From Longimicrobiales bacterium (GTDB lineage: Bacteria > Gemmatimonadota > Gemmatimonadetes > Longimicrobiales > Gaopeijiaceae), in contig CBDBCF010000002.1 of assembly GCA_965202985.1 (NCBI GenBank), forward strand, positions 288,001 through 352,000: a stretch of 64,000 nt of DNA, read 5' to 3'. Each line of letters begins with the position of its first letter. The first letter of the stretch is position 1. A model generated the notes under the pieces. It was not told the origin of the DNA. It did not search any database and worked only from the letters and a program-made list of their open reading frames with translations. This document shows positions 37,600 through 48,127 of this stretch, in pieces. The position numbers and the translations under genes were made by a program.

Positions 37600-39924
37600 G
37601 TGAAAACGAAGAGAACTCCCGCTTGGGCCGCCGCCTTCCTGGCCTTCTCCTGCTGGGCGATTCTCCAAGTCGCCAGCCCCCCGGAGGCCGCCGCCCAGGC
37701 CGCCCACGCCCACGCCGCCGACACGCAGGACGCGCCCCGAACCGAAGCCCCCTCGGACGAACCGTCGTCGTCCCGCACCGGCATCGCCGTTGCCGCCCGG
37801 ACCGACGCGCCGCCGATCGTGGACGGCGTTCCCGACGACGAAGCTTGGCTGGTGGCTTCGCCCCTGGGCGACTTCGTGCAGCGCGAGCCCGCCGACGGCC
37901 AGCCCGCGTCCGAGCCCACCGAACTCCGCATCCTCTTCGACGAGGAGGCCGTGTACGTGGCGGTGTGGGCCTACGACTCGCGGGCGGGAGAGATCGTTCC
38001 CGGCGAATCGATCCGCGACTACGAGATCACCGACGCCGACGCCGTGCTCATGGTCTTCGACACCTACAACGACCAGCAGAACGGCTTCGTCTTCGGCACC
38101 ACGCCGGCGGGCATCGAGTACGACGGCCAAGTGGCGGCCGCCGGAAGCGGGGGCGGCTTCTTCCTGGGCGGGGGAGGGAACACGCGCCGCAGGTTCCAGG
38201 CCGGGGCGGGCGGCGGCTTCAACAAGAACTGGGACGGCAGCTGGACCGTGGCGACGTCCCGCGACGACCGGGGCTGGTACGCCGAGTTCCGCATTCCGTT
38301 CAGCACCCTGCGCTACGGCTCCGAGACCGACTCCTGGGGCTTCAACGTCTCGCGACGCATCCGCCGGCTGAACGAAGAAGACTTTTGGTCGCCCGTGCCC
38401 CGGGAGTTCGGCCTGTACCGCCTGGACTTCGCGGGCGAGCTGACCGGCGTGGAGCCGCCTTTCCGCCGGGCCGCGACGATCACGCCCTACGTTCTGGGCT
38501 CCACGGAGCGGGACTACACCGACGCCGCCCAGACCTCGTTCGCTCAGAGCGCGGAGGTCGGCGGCGAAGCCAAGCTGCAGGTCACGCAGGGGCTGACCCT
38601 GGACGTGACCGCCAACACCGACTTCGCCCAAGTCGAGGTGGACGACCAGCAGGTCAACCTGACCCGGTTCTCGCTGCTGTTCCCTGAGAAGCGGCCCTTC
38701 TTCCTGGAGAACGCCGGGTTCTTCACCGTCGGGGCCGGCGGGGCCGACCTGTTCTTCAGCCGCAGAATCGGCATCTCCGGCGGCCAGCCCGTGCCGATCA
38801 AGGGCGGGGGACGCCTGTCGGGCCGGGCGGCCGGGCTCAACCTGGGGCTGCTCCACATCCGAACCGACGCGCCCGAGGTCGGCGCCGCCGCGAACCACTA
38901 CTCGGTCGCCCGCGTGGCGAAGGAGCTGCCCAGTCGGTCGCGCCTGGGAGGCATCTTCGTGAACCGCGGCAGCAACCTGGACGGCGACTTCAACCGCACC
39001 TACGGCCTGGACGCTCGCGTGGGGCTGGGCGACCAGTTCACCGTGAGTTCGTTCGTCGCGCGCACCGACACGCCCGAGCTGGAGGGCGCCGACCATGCCT
39101 GGGACGTGACGGCGGGCTGGGCCAGCCGCAACTGGCGGGCCAACGCCACCGCGCGCGAGATCGGCGAGCACTTCAACCCCGAGGTCGGGTTCCTGCCCCG
39201 GAACGGCCATCGCTACTACCAAGTGTTCGGCATGTGGTACTCCCGTCCCGAGCGCTTCTTCCGGGAGATTCGGCCCCACATCTCCTACTACGTCTACCAA
39301 GCCCAGCGCGGGGGCGTGACCCGAGGCTTCAACGAGTCGTCGCGCTGGCACATCGACACCCACTGGGAGTGGCCCTCCGGCATGGAACTCCACACCGGTG
39401 CCAACTACGTCACCGAGGGCCTCTACGAGCCGTTCAACATCTCGGGGACCGAAGTGATCGTGCCCGCCGGCACCTACGGGGGCTGGGAGTCCCAGATCGT
39501 CTTCTTCACCGACCAGTCGCGCACGCTGTCTTTCAACTCCCGCTTCAACTGGGGCGAATTCCTGTCCGGGGGCCGGAGGTCCACGACCGCCGACGTGACG
39601 GTCCGCCGAGACGAGCGGGCCACCGCCACTATCCGCGTGAGCCACAACGACGTGCACCTGCCCGAGGGCGACTTCACTGCCACGCTGGCCGGCGTCAACC
39701 TGGGCTACTTCTTCACGCCCCGGATCTACCTGCAGTCGCTGATCCAGTACTCGAACCAGATCGACCAGTGGTCCGCCAACGTGCGCTTCGGCTGGCTGAA
39801 CACGGCGGGAACCGGGCTGTTCGTCGTCTACAACGACGTTCAGGGCATCGACGATCTGGCTGGGCCGGTGGGGCGCTCGGTCTTCGTGAAGTTCACCCGC
39901 CAGCTGAACGTTCTAGGGCGGTAG
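37600..39924 (+). CDS. DUF5916 / CBM9-like domain outer membrane protein
   Basis: PIVDGVPDDEAW, GWYAEFRIPFSTLRY, NTDFAQVEVD, NLTRFSLLFPEKRPFFLE, LFFSRRIG. Confidence 0.88.
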   Translation: MKTKRTPAWAAAFLAFSCWAILQVASPPEAAAQAAHAHAADTQDAPRTEAPSDEPSSSRTGIAVAARTDAPPIVDGVPDDEAWLVASPLGDFVQREPADGQPASEPTELRILFDEEAVYVAVWAYDSRAGEIVPGESIRDYEITDADAVLMVFDTYNDQQNGFVFGTTPAGIEYDGQVAAAGSGGGFFLGGGGNTRRRFQAGAGGGFNKNWDGSWTVATSRDDRGWYAEFRIPFSTLRYGSETDSWGFNVSRRIRRLNEEDFWSPVPREFGLYRLDFAGELTGVEPPFRRAATITPYVLGSTERDYTDAAQTSFAQSAEVGGEAKLQVTQGLTLDVTANTDFAQVEVDDQQVNLTRFSLLFPEKRPFFLENAGFFTVGAGGADLFFSRRIGISGGQPVPIKGGGRLSGRAAGLNLGLLHIRTDAPEVGAAANHYSVARVAKELPSRSRLGGIFVNRGSNLDGDFNRTYGLDARVGLGDQFTVSSFVARTDTPELEGADHAWDVTAGWASRNWRANATAREIGEHFNPEVGFLPRNGHRYYQVFGMWYSRPERFFREIRPHISYYVYQAQRGGVTRGFNESSRWHIDTHWEWPSGMELHTGANYVTEGLYEPFNISGTEVIVPAGTYGGWESQIVFFTDQSRTLSFNSRFNWGEFLSGGRRSTTADVTVRRDERATATIRVSHNDVHLPEGDFTATLAGVNLGYFFTPRIYLQSLIQYSNQIDQWSANVRFGWLNTAGTGLFVVYNDVQGIDDLAGPVGRSVFVKFTRQLNVLGR

Positions 39925-39931
39925 GCCCCTC

Positions 39932-40456
39932 CTACTCGCCGGGCCCCTCTTCCTCCGCGTTGGCCGCTTGGAACGCCTCCGCGAAGTCGGCCAGCGTCTC
40001 CCGCAGGACCGCGCCCATCGTGTCCGCCGTGTTCGCTGCTTCGGACACGCCCACCGTCGTGGCGAACCAAGTGACCGCCTCCGAGTGCGTGATCTGCGTG
40101 TCCCGGATCAGCTGGACGGCCTGCTGGACGCGAACCGACACCGAGTAGCCCACCACGCCGGCCACGCCGCCCCCGCACTCGAAGGTGACGCGCAGTTCGG
40201 GCAGGCCGGGGCTGGCCAGCATCTCCTCGCGGGTCAGGAGCGGGACGCCCTCCAGCGCCTCTTCCGACTGGGCGCGAACGGACTCGGCGGACACGCCGGC
40301 CCCCTGGCAGCCCTCGTTGGTCTCGGCGCGCACATGCACGCCGGCCAAGCCGTCCAACGTGTACCGGTTCCACTCGGTGTCCTGCGCGGCCGCCGCGCCC
40401 GGCCCCAAGAGCGAGCTGGCCGCGAAGGCGATCAGCCTTATCTGCTGCCGCCGCAC
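39932..40456 (-). CDS. Exported hypothetical protein
   Basis: Signal peptide ending AAAAQ; overlaps the ankyrin gene stop; protein-like composition. Confidence 0.65.
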   Translation of the reverse strand: MRRQQIRLIAFAASSLLGPGAAAAQDTEWNRYTLDGLAGVHVRAETNEGCQGAGVSAESVRAQSEEALEGVPLLTREEMLASPGLPELRVTFECGGGVAGVVGYSVSVRVQQAVQLIRDTQITHSEAVTWFATTVGVSEAANTADTMGAVLRETLADFAEAFQAANAEEEGPGE

Positions 40457-42399
40457 GACCTGCACTGGTGGTTGTTCGCGGACCCCAGCTTCTCCAGCAG
40501 CGCCACGGTGGCCGGTTGCGGCTGCGCGCGCTGCTCCGGGCTGTTGGCCAAGTCCGCCGTCGTCTGGCCCCGGCGGCTGATGGCGTGGATGTCGGTTCCG
40601 ACGGAAGCCAAGTACAGGATCGTGGCGTTGTCGCCTCGGGCCGCGGCGTGGTGGATCGCGTTGTAGCCGTCCTTGTCGCGCAGGTTGGGGTCCACGCCCA
40701 GCTCTTCGATCAGGTAGCGGACCGCGGGCAGCCAGCCGTCGGGCACGGCCCGATGCTGCTGGGCCACCCTGGACGTGCCGAACCCCACGCCCGACGCTGC
40801 GTGCAGGGGGTGGACTGCAGGTCCCCCGACCGGAACTGGCGGCAACCCCGACGGGTCCGCCGGCTCGTCTTCCGGCTGGGTGTCGGGGAAGTTGGGGTCG
40901 CGGTAGCGCCGTCGGTCCGGCAGGCGGGTCGTCCAGATGTTGGGGTCGGCCCCGTGCTCGACCAGCAGACGCATGGCGTCCACGTCCACGGCGTAGGCGG
41001 CGCGCCAGAACGGGGTGGCCCCGGTGAAGTCCACGCCCATGCGTCCGGCGTTGTACGCGGCGTACCAGATGTGGGTCGAGGTGCGCTGGTTGGGATCGGC
41101 GCCGGCGTCCAGCAGCAGCTTCATGAACTCCAGGTAGCCGGTCTCCTGCTGGCGGAACGCCTGCGGCTGCGGGTACCAAGTCCGAAGCGACCACTCGATG
41201 TTGAGCACGGCGAAGAGCGGACCGGCGCCGTCGTCGCTGACCGCGTTGGGGTCGGCGCCGCGCTCCAACAGGTCGCGGGCCAGGTCGTAGTTGCCGTTCA
41301 CCACCGCCACGAGCAGCGGCGTCGAGCGATCGCCGGCGGTGGGCTGCCCGATGTCGGCGCCCGCGTCCGCCAGCAGCGCCACGGTGCTTCGATGGCCCTC
41401 GCGGGCGGCGAAGTGCACGGCCGCGAACCCTCCCTGCTTGCCGATCTGCTGGGCAGAGGTCAGCGCCTTGACGGGGGGCTCCGGCTCCGGCGGCGGCTCC
41501 TTGGGCTCGGACTCGTCCGGCTCCGTCTCCGAGGCGGCCGGGTCCGGCGGCTCGGCCGGAGTCGCAGGGGTCGCGGGTTCGGGGGTTGCAGGCTGCTGGG
41601 GGGCCGCGGGTTGGGGCGTCGGGGCCGCCGGAGCTTCCGGCGTTTCCGGCTCCTCGCCGGCCTCCACGGCCTTCGCGGCGGCCCTGATCTGGGCGCGACG
41701 GCGCTGCTCGGCCCGCATCTCTTGGTCCAAGGTCTCGTAGTCCTTGACGCGGGTCACCAGCGAAGCGTCCGCCCCGTCCGCGATCAGCGCATCCAAGGCC
41801 CGGTTGGCCCCCCGGACCGCGGCGAACATCAGCGGCGTACGTTCGGCGAATCGGTCTCGGGCGTTCAAGTCGGCTCCCCGCGCCGCCAGCGCCTCGATCA
41901 CGTCGGCCGCGTCGGCTTCGGCCGCGAAGTGCAGCGCCGCGACCCCGGTGGTCGTGAACCGATTCGGGTCGGCCCCGGCCTCCAGCAGCATGTCCGCGAC
42001 CTCGGCGTGTCCCGCTCGACTTGCCAAGTGCAGCGGCGCATACCCGCCCAATCGCGTTGCGGCGCGCACCGTGGCTCCGGCGTACAGAAGCGTCCGGGCC
42101 ATCTCCACGTCGTTGCCGCTCGCGGCCCAGTGAAGCGCCGTCATGCCGTCGTTCTGGGCGGCGTTGGCGTCGGCCCCGTCCCGAAGAAGCTCCCGCACCG
42201 CCTTCAAGTCTCCCCGCTGGGCGGCGTCCGCCACCGGCGAGCGGGTCGAAAGCGAAGCGCCGTCTTGCGCGCCCGCCGCAGGCCCCGCGAGCACCCCGAG
42301 CCCCACGAGCCCCACGAGCCCCACGAGCACCGCCGTTGCCAGCGACAACCGAAACGCCCCTGCGCCTTCTCGTGTCGCCCGACCTTGCCTTGCCGTCAT
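40438..42399 (-). CDS. Exported ankyrin-repeat protein
   Basis: Many ankyrin repeats (GMTALHWAA, GYAPLHLAS, TPLMFAA, TPLLVAV, GATPFWRAA); signal peptide; Pro/Glu-rich insert. Confidence 0.93.
   Translation of the reverse strand: MTARQGRATREGAGAFRLSLATAVLVGLVGLVGLGVLAGPAAGAQDGASLSTRSPVADAAQRGDLKAVRELLRDGADANAAQNDGMTALHWAASGNDVEMARTLLYAGATVRAATRLGGYAPLHLASRAGHAEVADMLLEAGADPNRFTTTGVAALHFAAEADAADVIEALAARGADLNARDRFAERTPLMFAAVRGANRALDALIADGADASLVTRVKDYETLDQEMRAEQRRRAQIRAAAKAVEAGEEPETPEAPAAPTPQPAAPQQPATPEPATPATPAEPPDPAASETEPDESEPKEPPPEPEPPVKALTSAQQIGKQGGFAAVHFAAREGHRSTVALLADAGADIGQPTAGDRSTPLLVAVVNGNYDLARDLLERGADPNAVSDDGAGPLFAVLNIEWSLRTWYPQPQAFRQQETGYLEFMKLLLDAGADPNQRTSTHIWYAAYNAGRMGVDFTGATPFWRAAYAVDVDAMRLLVEHGADPNIWTTRLPDRRRYRDPNFPDTQPEDEPADPSGLPPVPVGGPAVHPLHAASGVGFGTSRVAQQHRAVPDGWLPAVRYLIEELGVDPNLRDKDGYNAIHHAAARGDNATILYLASVGTDIHAISRRGQTTADLANSPEQRAQPQPATVALLEKLGSANNHQCRSCGGSR
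42298..42324. repeat. 9 bp tandem repeat (GAGCCCCAC)x3 in the ankyrin signal peptide
   Basis: Encodes LVG-LVG-LVG on the minus strand. Confidence 0.85.
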
Positions 42400-42415
42400 A
42401 TCCGCCGCCCCCTCC

Positions 42416-43804
42416 TTACAGCGCGAAGACGCCGTTGCTGTTGCCGAACTTCTCCATGTCCGTGGCGCCCAGCTTGTGCAGCATGGCGAGCATGACGTTC
42501 GCCATCGGCGTGCCCGGCTTGGCCCGGATGTGCCGCCCGCCCTCCAGCACGCCGTTCGCGCCGCCGGCCAGGAACAGCGGGCAGCGCGCGTGGTTGTGCA
42601 GGTTGCTGTCGGCCATGGCGGAGCCGTACACCACCATGGTCTTGTCCAGCAGGTTGGCGTCGCCCTCGGTGGAGGCCTGCAACTTCTCCAGCAGGTAGGG
42701 CACCATCGACACGTGGTACTCGTTGATCTTGGCGAACTGTCGCACGCGCTCTTCCCGGCCGCCGTGGTGCGAGGCCGCGTGGAACGGCGTGTCCACGCCC
42801 GACTCGGGGTAGACTCGGGGCGAAGCGTCCCGCCCCAGCTTGAGCGAGAACACGCGCGTGGTGTCCGACCGGAACGCCAGCACCTGCAGGTCGAACATGA
42901 GCTTGACGTGCTCTTCGAACGAATCAGGAACGCCGACCGGCGCCTCGGGGATCTGCCGCTCCGCGCCGCTGGAGTTCTGCGCCTCGATCCGCTGGATGCG
43001 CTGCTCGAGCTCGCGGATGTTCTGGGCGTACTGGTCCAGCCGATGCACGTCCGCCACGGCCAGCTCGCGCCGCAACGAGGCCATCTCGCCCATCACCCAG
43101 TCCAGGATGCTGCGGTCCGTGTCCAGCCGCTTCGCCCGCTGCTCCGGCGTTCCCCCGGCCCCGAAGAGCTGCTCGAAGACGGCGCGCGGGTCGCGGATCA
43201 TCGGCAGCGGCTGCGTGGGCGACGACCAGCTGATCGTGTCGGTGTACACGCACGCGTAGCCGTAGGCGCATCCGCCGGCCTGGTCTACGTTCTCGATCGA
43301 CAGTTGGAGCGACGGGATCGGCGTGTCCTGCCCGAAGCGCTGCACGTAGAGCTGGTCCAGCGAAGTCCCGACCCGCACGTCCGACCCCTCGGTCTGCTTG
43401 GGGTGCGACTGCGTCAGGAACACGGCGCTGGTGCGGAAGTGGTCGCCGCCGATCTCGCTGGGCGCGTAGGCGTCGGCCATGCGAGCGTCGGTGTCGCTGA
43501 TGATCGTGAGGTAGTCCCGGAACGGTTCCAGCGGCTTGAGGCTGGTGCCGGTCAGGTCGAAGTTGCGGCCCGTGTCGGCGGGCGACCAGAGGTTCTGGGT
43601 CGCGCCCCACTCGTTGCAGCCGGCCGCGCCGTGGACCTGCTCGATGCAGATCAGCCGGGTCGTGTCGGCGGCTCTTCCGGCGGCCGTGGCCCCCCACAGG
43701 CGACCCGCGGGGATCATCGCGTCGAGCAGGGGAAGGCCGATCGCCGCTCCCGCTCCCTTGAGCGCGGCGCGCCGCGAGATGTGCTTGCCGGTGATGATTT
43801 CCAT
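42416..43804 (-). CDS. DUF1552 domain protein with Tat-like signal
   Basis: ISRRAALKGAGAAIGLPLLDAM, GYACVYTDTISW, HAASHH, DSNLHNH. Confidence 0.9.
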   Translation of the reverse strand: MEIITGKHISRRAALKGAGAAIGLPLLDAMIPAGRLWGATAAGRAADTTRLICIEQVHGAAGCNEWGATQNLWSPADTGRNFDLTGTSLKPLEPFRDYLTIISDTDARMADAYAPSEIGGDHFRTSAVFLTQSHPKQTEGSDVRVGTSLDQLYVQRFGQDTPIPSLQLSIENVDQAGGCAYGYACVYTDTISWSSPTQPLPMIRDPRAVFEQLFGAGGTPEQRAKRLDTDRSILDWVMGEMASLRRELAVADVHRLDQYAQNIRELEQRIQRIEAQNSSGAERQIPEAPVGVPDSFEEHVKLMFDLQVLAFRSDTTRVFSLKLGRDASPRVYPESGVDTPFHAASHHGGREERVRQFAKINEYHVSMVPYLLEKLQASTEGDANLLDKTMVVYGSAMADSNLHNHARCPLFLAGGANGVLEGGRHIRAKPGTPMANVMLAMLHKLGATDMEKFGNSNGVFAL

Positions 43805-43832
43805 CGCTGTTTGGGCCTCGGAGGTTGAGGTG

Positions 43833-46319
43833 TCAGTCGGGTTGGCCGTTCCCGGCCTCGGCGTCGACCAGCGTCTCGGCTCGCGCCAGTCGGAACGGCG
43901 GGCTGCCCACGACCCCCAGCACGAACGAAGAGATGCGGTAGTCGTTGGCTTCGGCCTGCCGGACGATCTGCCGAACCGTGGGCATGTCGTAGTACTCCAC
44001 GCGACGCCCCAGGGCATAGGCCATGAGGTTCTCGGTGAAGGTCCTCAGCACGACTTCCTTGAGCCGGAGCAGGGCCTCCTGCAAGTCGCCCGGACCGGAG
44101 AGTTCGGTGCCGTCGTACATGACGTCCGTCGGGTCCACGTAGTTGCCCTCGTCGCGGATCCGCCAAGCGCCGGTCACGTCGAAGTTCTCGAGCGCCAGTC
44201 CCAGGGGGTCGATCGCGGCGTGGCAGGAGTTGCACGTCGGGTTGGCGCGGTGCATCTCCATCCGCTCCCGCACCGTCAGGAACCGGCCCTCTTCGGCGGC
44301 GCTGGTCTCCTCGAACGCGGGGATGTCCGGGGGCGGAGGCGGGGGCGGCGCGCCGAGCAGCACCTCCAGCACCCACTTGCCCCGCAGCACGGGCGACGTG
44401 CGGTCCGGGTGCGAAGTCAACGTCAGGATGCTGCCGTGTCCAAGGATGCCGCGCCGGCCGTCGTCCGCGTACTCGACCTTGCGGAAGTCGGGGCCGGTCA
44501 CGCCGGTCAGGCCGTAGTGCCGGGCCAGGCGCTCGTTGGCGAAGGTGTAGCGCGCGGCGAGCAGGTCCAGCACCGGTCGGTCCTCGTCCACCAAGTGGGC
44601 GAAGAACAGCTCCGTCTCCCGGTGCATGGCATCGGCCAGCGTCTGGTCGAAGTACGGGAACGTAAGCGCGTCCGGGTGAATCTTCTCCAGGTCCTGAAGC
44701 CGGAGCCACTGGGCCGCGAACCGAGTGGCCAAGGCGCGCGACCGGGGGTCGGCCAGCATTCGACGGGCTTGGCGCTCGAGCTCGGCCGGGTCCGACAGAG
44801 CGCCGGAGCGGGCCGACTCCAGAAGCACGGCGTCGGGCGGCGATCCCCACAGGAAGAACGACAGTCGCGACGCCAGGTCCACGTCGGTCACGGCGTAGGC
44901 GCCCTCGGCCACGCTCTCCTTGGGCTGGCGCTCCAGGCGGAAGATGAAGTGCGGGCTGGCCAGCACCGCTTGCAGCGCCGTGCGGATGCCGCTCTCGAAG
45001 CCGCCTTGGGCCGCGCCCCTTTGGTAGAAGCCCATCAAGCCCTCGACGTCGCTGTCTCGCACGGGCCGGCGGTACGCCCGCTCGGCCAGCTTGGCGACGA
45101 TCTGCCGGGCGCAGGGAGCCTCTTCCTCGGGAGATGTGGGCCGACACGCGAAGACGGCGCGGCGGGCAGGCGTCTCCGACACGCCGGTGACGCCGAAGGG
45201 TCCAAGCACCGTGAGGCGCTGCAGGTGCTGTTGCGTGGTCACCCCCAGACCGATGCCGATCTGGCCGTCGGCCAAGGTGTGGTCGATGGGCCGGATCAGG
45301 TCGTCGACCTCGCCCTCGAACTGGCGCACGAACGCCACGGACACGCGCTTGGGGCCGGCGGTCACGTAGATCGAGTCGGTCCGAATGTTCAAGCCGGTGG
45401 GCTCGGACTCGGACATCCACCGGTCGACCTCCAGGAGGGCGGCGCGCGCGCCGTCGATGGAGACCTCCAGCTGTTCCGTTCCGAACGTGCGCCCGAAGAC
45501 CTCGCCCTCCACCGCGCCGTAGGGCATGACGTGGAAGACGTAGGCGCCGTCGGCGGGGAAGTTGTGCACGACCGACAGCCCGCCGCGCGTGCCGATGGGG
45601 GCGCCCTCCACGCGATCCTTCTGGGAGGACACGCGCGGGACCCGGTAGATCGCGGACGCGACCTCGGCGTCGGGGTCGCCCAAGGCCAGGCGGCTGATCT
45701 GCCCGGCGGCCCGAAGGTACCCCTCCATGACCGTGGCCGACGGCATCTGCACGTCGGCAATGTTGTCGAAGTTGGCGCTCTTGGTGTCCAGCGGCAGGAA
45801 GGCGCCCACGTCCACGCGAAGGCCCAGCAGGTCCTCCACCGCACGGGCGTACTCGGCGCGGTTCAGTCGCTGGAACGTCCTGCGTCCCGGGTCGGGGTCG
45901 CTCGCCGCGACGCGGTCCATCTCGGCTTCCAGCTCTTGGGCCATGGCGGCCAAGACCGGCGCTTCGGGCCTGCGCACGCCTCGGGGCGGCATCATCCCCG
46001 CCCGAAGCTTGCGGATCATCTTCTCGACGGTGGGCCGCATCTGCCCCGCGGCGGCCACGTCGAAGCCCTCCAGCACCAAGTCGCCCCGCCGTCGGCGCTC
46101 GCTGTGGCAACGCACGCAGTACTCCTCGACGACCTCGTTGGGGCCAAGATCGTCGCGGGCGTCGACAGCCCCATGGGAACCTACGGCGCCGCTCGGCTCC
46201 GCTGCGCGATGCACGACCGCGGTCGAAGCCTTTCCTGGACGCTGGGGCGCGGAGGCCCACTGGTGGCCGGCGGCTCCAAGCACGCTCGCCGCCAGCATCG
46301 CGAGGACGAGTCTACTCAT
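43833..46319 (-). CDS. DUF1592/DUF1588-family multi-domain protein with cytochrome c-like motifs
   Basis: CVRCH, RKLRAGMMPP, RLNRAEY, LASRLSFFLW, RTSPVLRGKW, CNSCH, LENFD. Confidence 0.9.
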   Translation of the reverse strand: MSRLVLAMLAASVLGAAGHQWASAPQRPGKASTAVVHRAAEPSGAVGSHGAVDARDDLGPNEVVEEYCVRCHSERRRRGDLVLEGFDVAAAGQMRPTVEKMIRKLRAGMMPPRGVRRPEAPVLAAMAQELEAEMDRVAASDPDPGRRTFQRLNRAEYARAVEDLLGLRVDVGAFLPLDTKSANFDNIADVQMPSATVMEGYLRAAGQISRLALGDPDAEVASAIYRVPRVSSQKDRVEGAPIGTRGGLSVVHNFPADGAYVFHVMPYGAVEGEVFGRTFGTEQLEVSIDGARAALLEVDRWMSESEPTGLNIRTDSIYVTAGPKRVSVAFVRQFEGEVDDLIRPIDHTLADGQIGIGLGVTTQQHLQRLTVLGPFGVTGVSETPARRAVFACRPTSPEEEAPCARQIVAKLAERAYRRPVRDSDVEGLMGFYQRGAAQGGFESGIRTALQAVLASPHFIFRLERQPKESVAEGAYAVTDVDLASRLSFFLWGSPPDAVLLESARSGALSDPAELERQARRMLADPRSRALATRFAAQWLRLQDLEKIHPDALTFPYFDQTLADAMHRETELFFAHLVDEDRPVLDLLAARYTFANERLARHYGLTGVTGPDFRKVEYADDGRRGILGHGSILTLTSHPDRTSPVLRGKWVLEVLLGAPPPPPPPDIPAFEETSAAEEGRFLTVRERMEMHRANPTCNSCHAAIDPLGLALENFDVTGAWRIRDEGNYVDPTDVMYDGTELSGPGDLQEALLRLKEVVLRTFTENLMAYALGRRVEYYDMPTVRQIVRQAEANDYRISSFVLGVVGSPPFRLARAETLVDAEAGNGQPD

Positions 46320-46478
46320 ACCGAACAAATGTAGGACAACGGCGCGCTCGCCGCCAGCCGGGGGACGCCATGCGACTCGGGGGAGCGGCCAGCGCGCTCG
46401 GGAGTGGCAGCGTTCGCGCGCGTCTGGCGCCTTCGTTGCCGAGACCGCATCTTCAAGGCCAGACCTTGGAGGACCTGC

Positions 46479-47537
46479 ATGACCCGAAGGCACCCGTCCG
46501 CAACGTTGACCTGCGCACCGGCGTTGACCCGCGTGGCCCTGCTCGTGCCGGCGATCGCCTTGCTGCCGGCGGACGCCGCGTCGCAAGAGGCGGGGACGGC
46601 ATCGGAGACGGTCGAGATCACGGCCCGAGTTCACGACGTGGACGACCGTCGGCCGCTTGCGGGGGCCGTCGTCTCGCTGTCGGGCGTCGCGACTCGCCAC
46701 GCGACGGGCGTGGACGGCAGTGCCACGTTCGGCGTCGCCCTGGGCGACTACGAGCTCACGGTTCGCAAAGGCGGCTACGAGACCCTGGCCGGCGCCTTCA
46801 CCGTCTACCGGCCGGGCGAGTTCACGCTGTGGATGACGAAGGCCGACGGCGTGGACCCGGGAGCGCCCGCGAGGTTGCTGGTCAGGGTCGTGGACGGCGA
46901 CACCGGGACGCCGGTGGAGGGTGCGGCCGTGTCGGTGCTGCCAGGGGGAAGCCGGCCCACCGACGTCAACGGGCGGGCGGAGTTTCGGAACTTGGCCCCG
47001 GCGCTGGCCCAGGTGACGGTGGAGATGATCGGCTACGCCCGCCGCGCCGAGCCCGTGTCGCTGCACCCGGGCCGCACCACAGCGATGGAAGTGGCCATGG
47101 CGATCGAGGCGGTGCGGCTGCGCCCGATCGAGGTGGTCGTGCGGATCCCGTTCCTGGAGGCCAACGGCGTGTATCGGCGGATCGACCAGGGGGTCGCTCG
47201 GCGGCTGCTGACCCGCCGGACGATCGAGGACCGAGGGTCGCCCCGCATCTCCGACTCCTTCTCCCACATTTCGGGGGTCGAGGTCCGGCGCGAAGGATCG
47301 GCGATGGGGTTTCCCAACCGGGCCGTTCTGTACGCCCGAGGTTGTTCCCTGTCGATCTGGGTGGACGGCGTCGAGTGGAATCCCGACATCGAGGGCTCGG
47401 TGGACATCGACCAGATCTCGCCGGAGTGGGTGGAACTCGCCGAGGTCTACTCGGAGGCGCGGCTGCCCATGCAGTACACCTCCCGGCACGGATGCGGCGG
47501 CGTCCTGATCTGGACCCGGCAGGGACGGCGCCCGTAG
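46479..47537 (+). CDS. Exported protein with two carboxypeptidase-regulatory-like domains and a C-terminal plug-like domain, no barrel
   Basis: GGAGG RBS; signal peptide; VHDVDDRRPLAGAVV, VVDGDTGTPVEGAAV; IWVDG...AEVY...CGGVLIWTR. Confidence 0.75.
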   Translation: MTRRHPSATLTCAPALTRVALLVPAIALLPADAASQEAGTASETVEITARVHDVDDRRPLAGAVVSLSGVATRHATGVDGSATFGVALGDYELTVRKGGYETLAGAFTVYRPGEFTLWMTKADGVDPGAPARLLVRVVDGDTGTPVEGAAVSVLPGGSRPTDVNGRAEFRNLAPALAQVTVEMIGYARRAEPVSLHPGRTTAMEVAMAIEAVRLRPIEVVVRIPFLEANGVYRRIDQGVARRLLTRRTIEDRGSPRISDSFSHISGVEVRREGSAMGFPNRAVLYARGCSLSIWVDGVEWNPDIEGSVDIDQISPEWVELAEVYSEARLPMQYTSRHGCGGVLIWTRQGRRP

Positions 47538-47653
47538 GGAAGGGCGGCGGCCCCCAAGGCGGAACGCGCAGCCGGCCTTCCCCCCGAAGTTACCTTGGAG
47601 GCGTCGCCCCCAAGGGACCCCCCCCAACCTTCCGACAGGACGGGCTAGCCACG

Positions 47654-48127
47654 ATGAGCACACCGGCGGTGGGAAGCGTCGCCCCCGATTTCTCCCTTCT
47701 GCGCGCGATGGGCCAAGCACCGGTCACCCTGTCCGAACACCGGGGCGGCCCCGTGGTCCTGCTGTTCGTGCCCTTGGCGTTCTCCGGCACCTGCACGGAA
47801 GAGATGTGCCGGATGGCGGAGACTTGGGACGACTGGGCGGGCGTGGGCGCCAAGGTGCTGGGCATCAGCATCGACTCGCCGTTCGCGAACCAGAAGTGGG
47901 TGGACGACACGGGCGTTCCGTTCCCGGTGCTCTCCGACTTCAACAAGGAGGCGGCCAGCGCCTACGGCGTGTTGCAGGAGGACTTCTTCGGCCTGCGCGG
48001 CGTGGCCAAGCGCTCGGTCTTCGTCGTGGACGGGGCCGGTCGAATCGCGTACGCCTGGGCCAGCGACGACCCGGGGGTGCTGCCGCCGTTCGCCGAGGTG
48101 CTGGAGGCGGTGCGGGGCCTGGGGTGA
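47654..48127 (+). CDS. Peroxiredoxin (AhpC/TSA, AhpE/BCP-like)
   Basis: APDFSL, PLAFSGTCTEEMC (PxxxSxxC-like), GISIDS, LSDFN, RSVFVVD. Confidence 0.92.
   Translation: MSTPAVGSVAPDFSLLRAMGQAPVTLSEHRGGPVVLLFVPLAFSGTCTEEMCRMAETWDDWAGVGAKVLGISIDSPFANQKWVDDTGVPFPVLSDFNKEAASAYGVLQEDFFGLRGVAKRSVFVVDGAGRIAYAWASDDPGVLPPFAEVLEAVRGLG

Noticed and set aside
47537..47640. GC-rich hairpins and repeated CCCCCAAGG between genes
   Set aside because: Imperfect, no U-tract and no clear further copies to define a REP family
43833..47720. 1295 aa ORF and 585 aa ORF (46370-48127) as long proteins
   Set aside because: Extensions are shadow frames of neighbouring genes; real starts are 46319 and 47654
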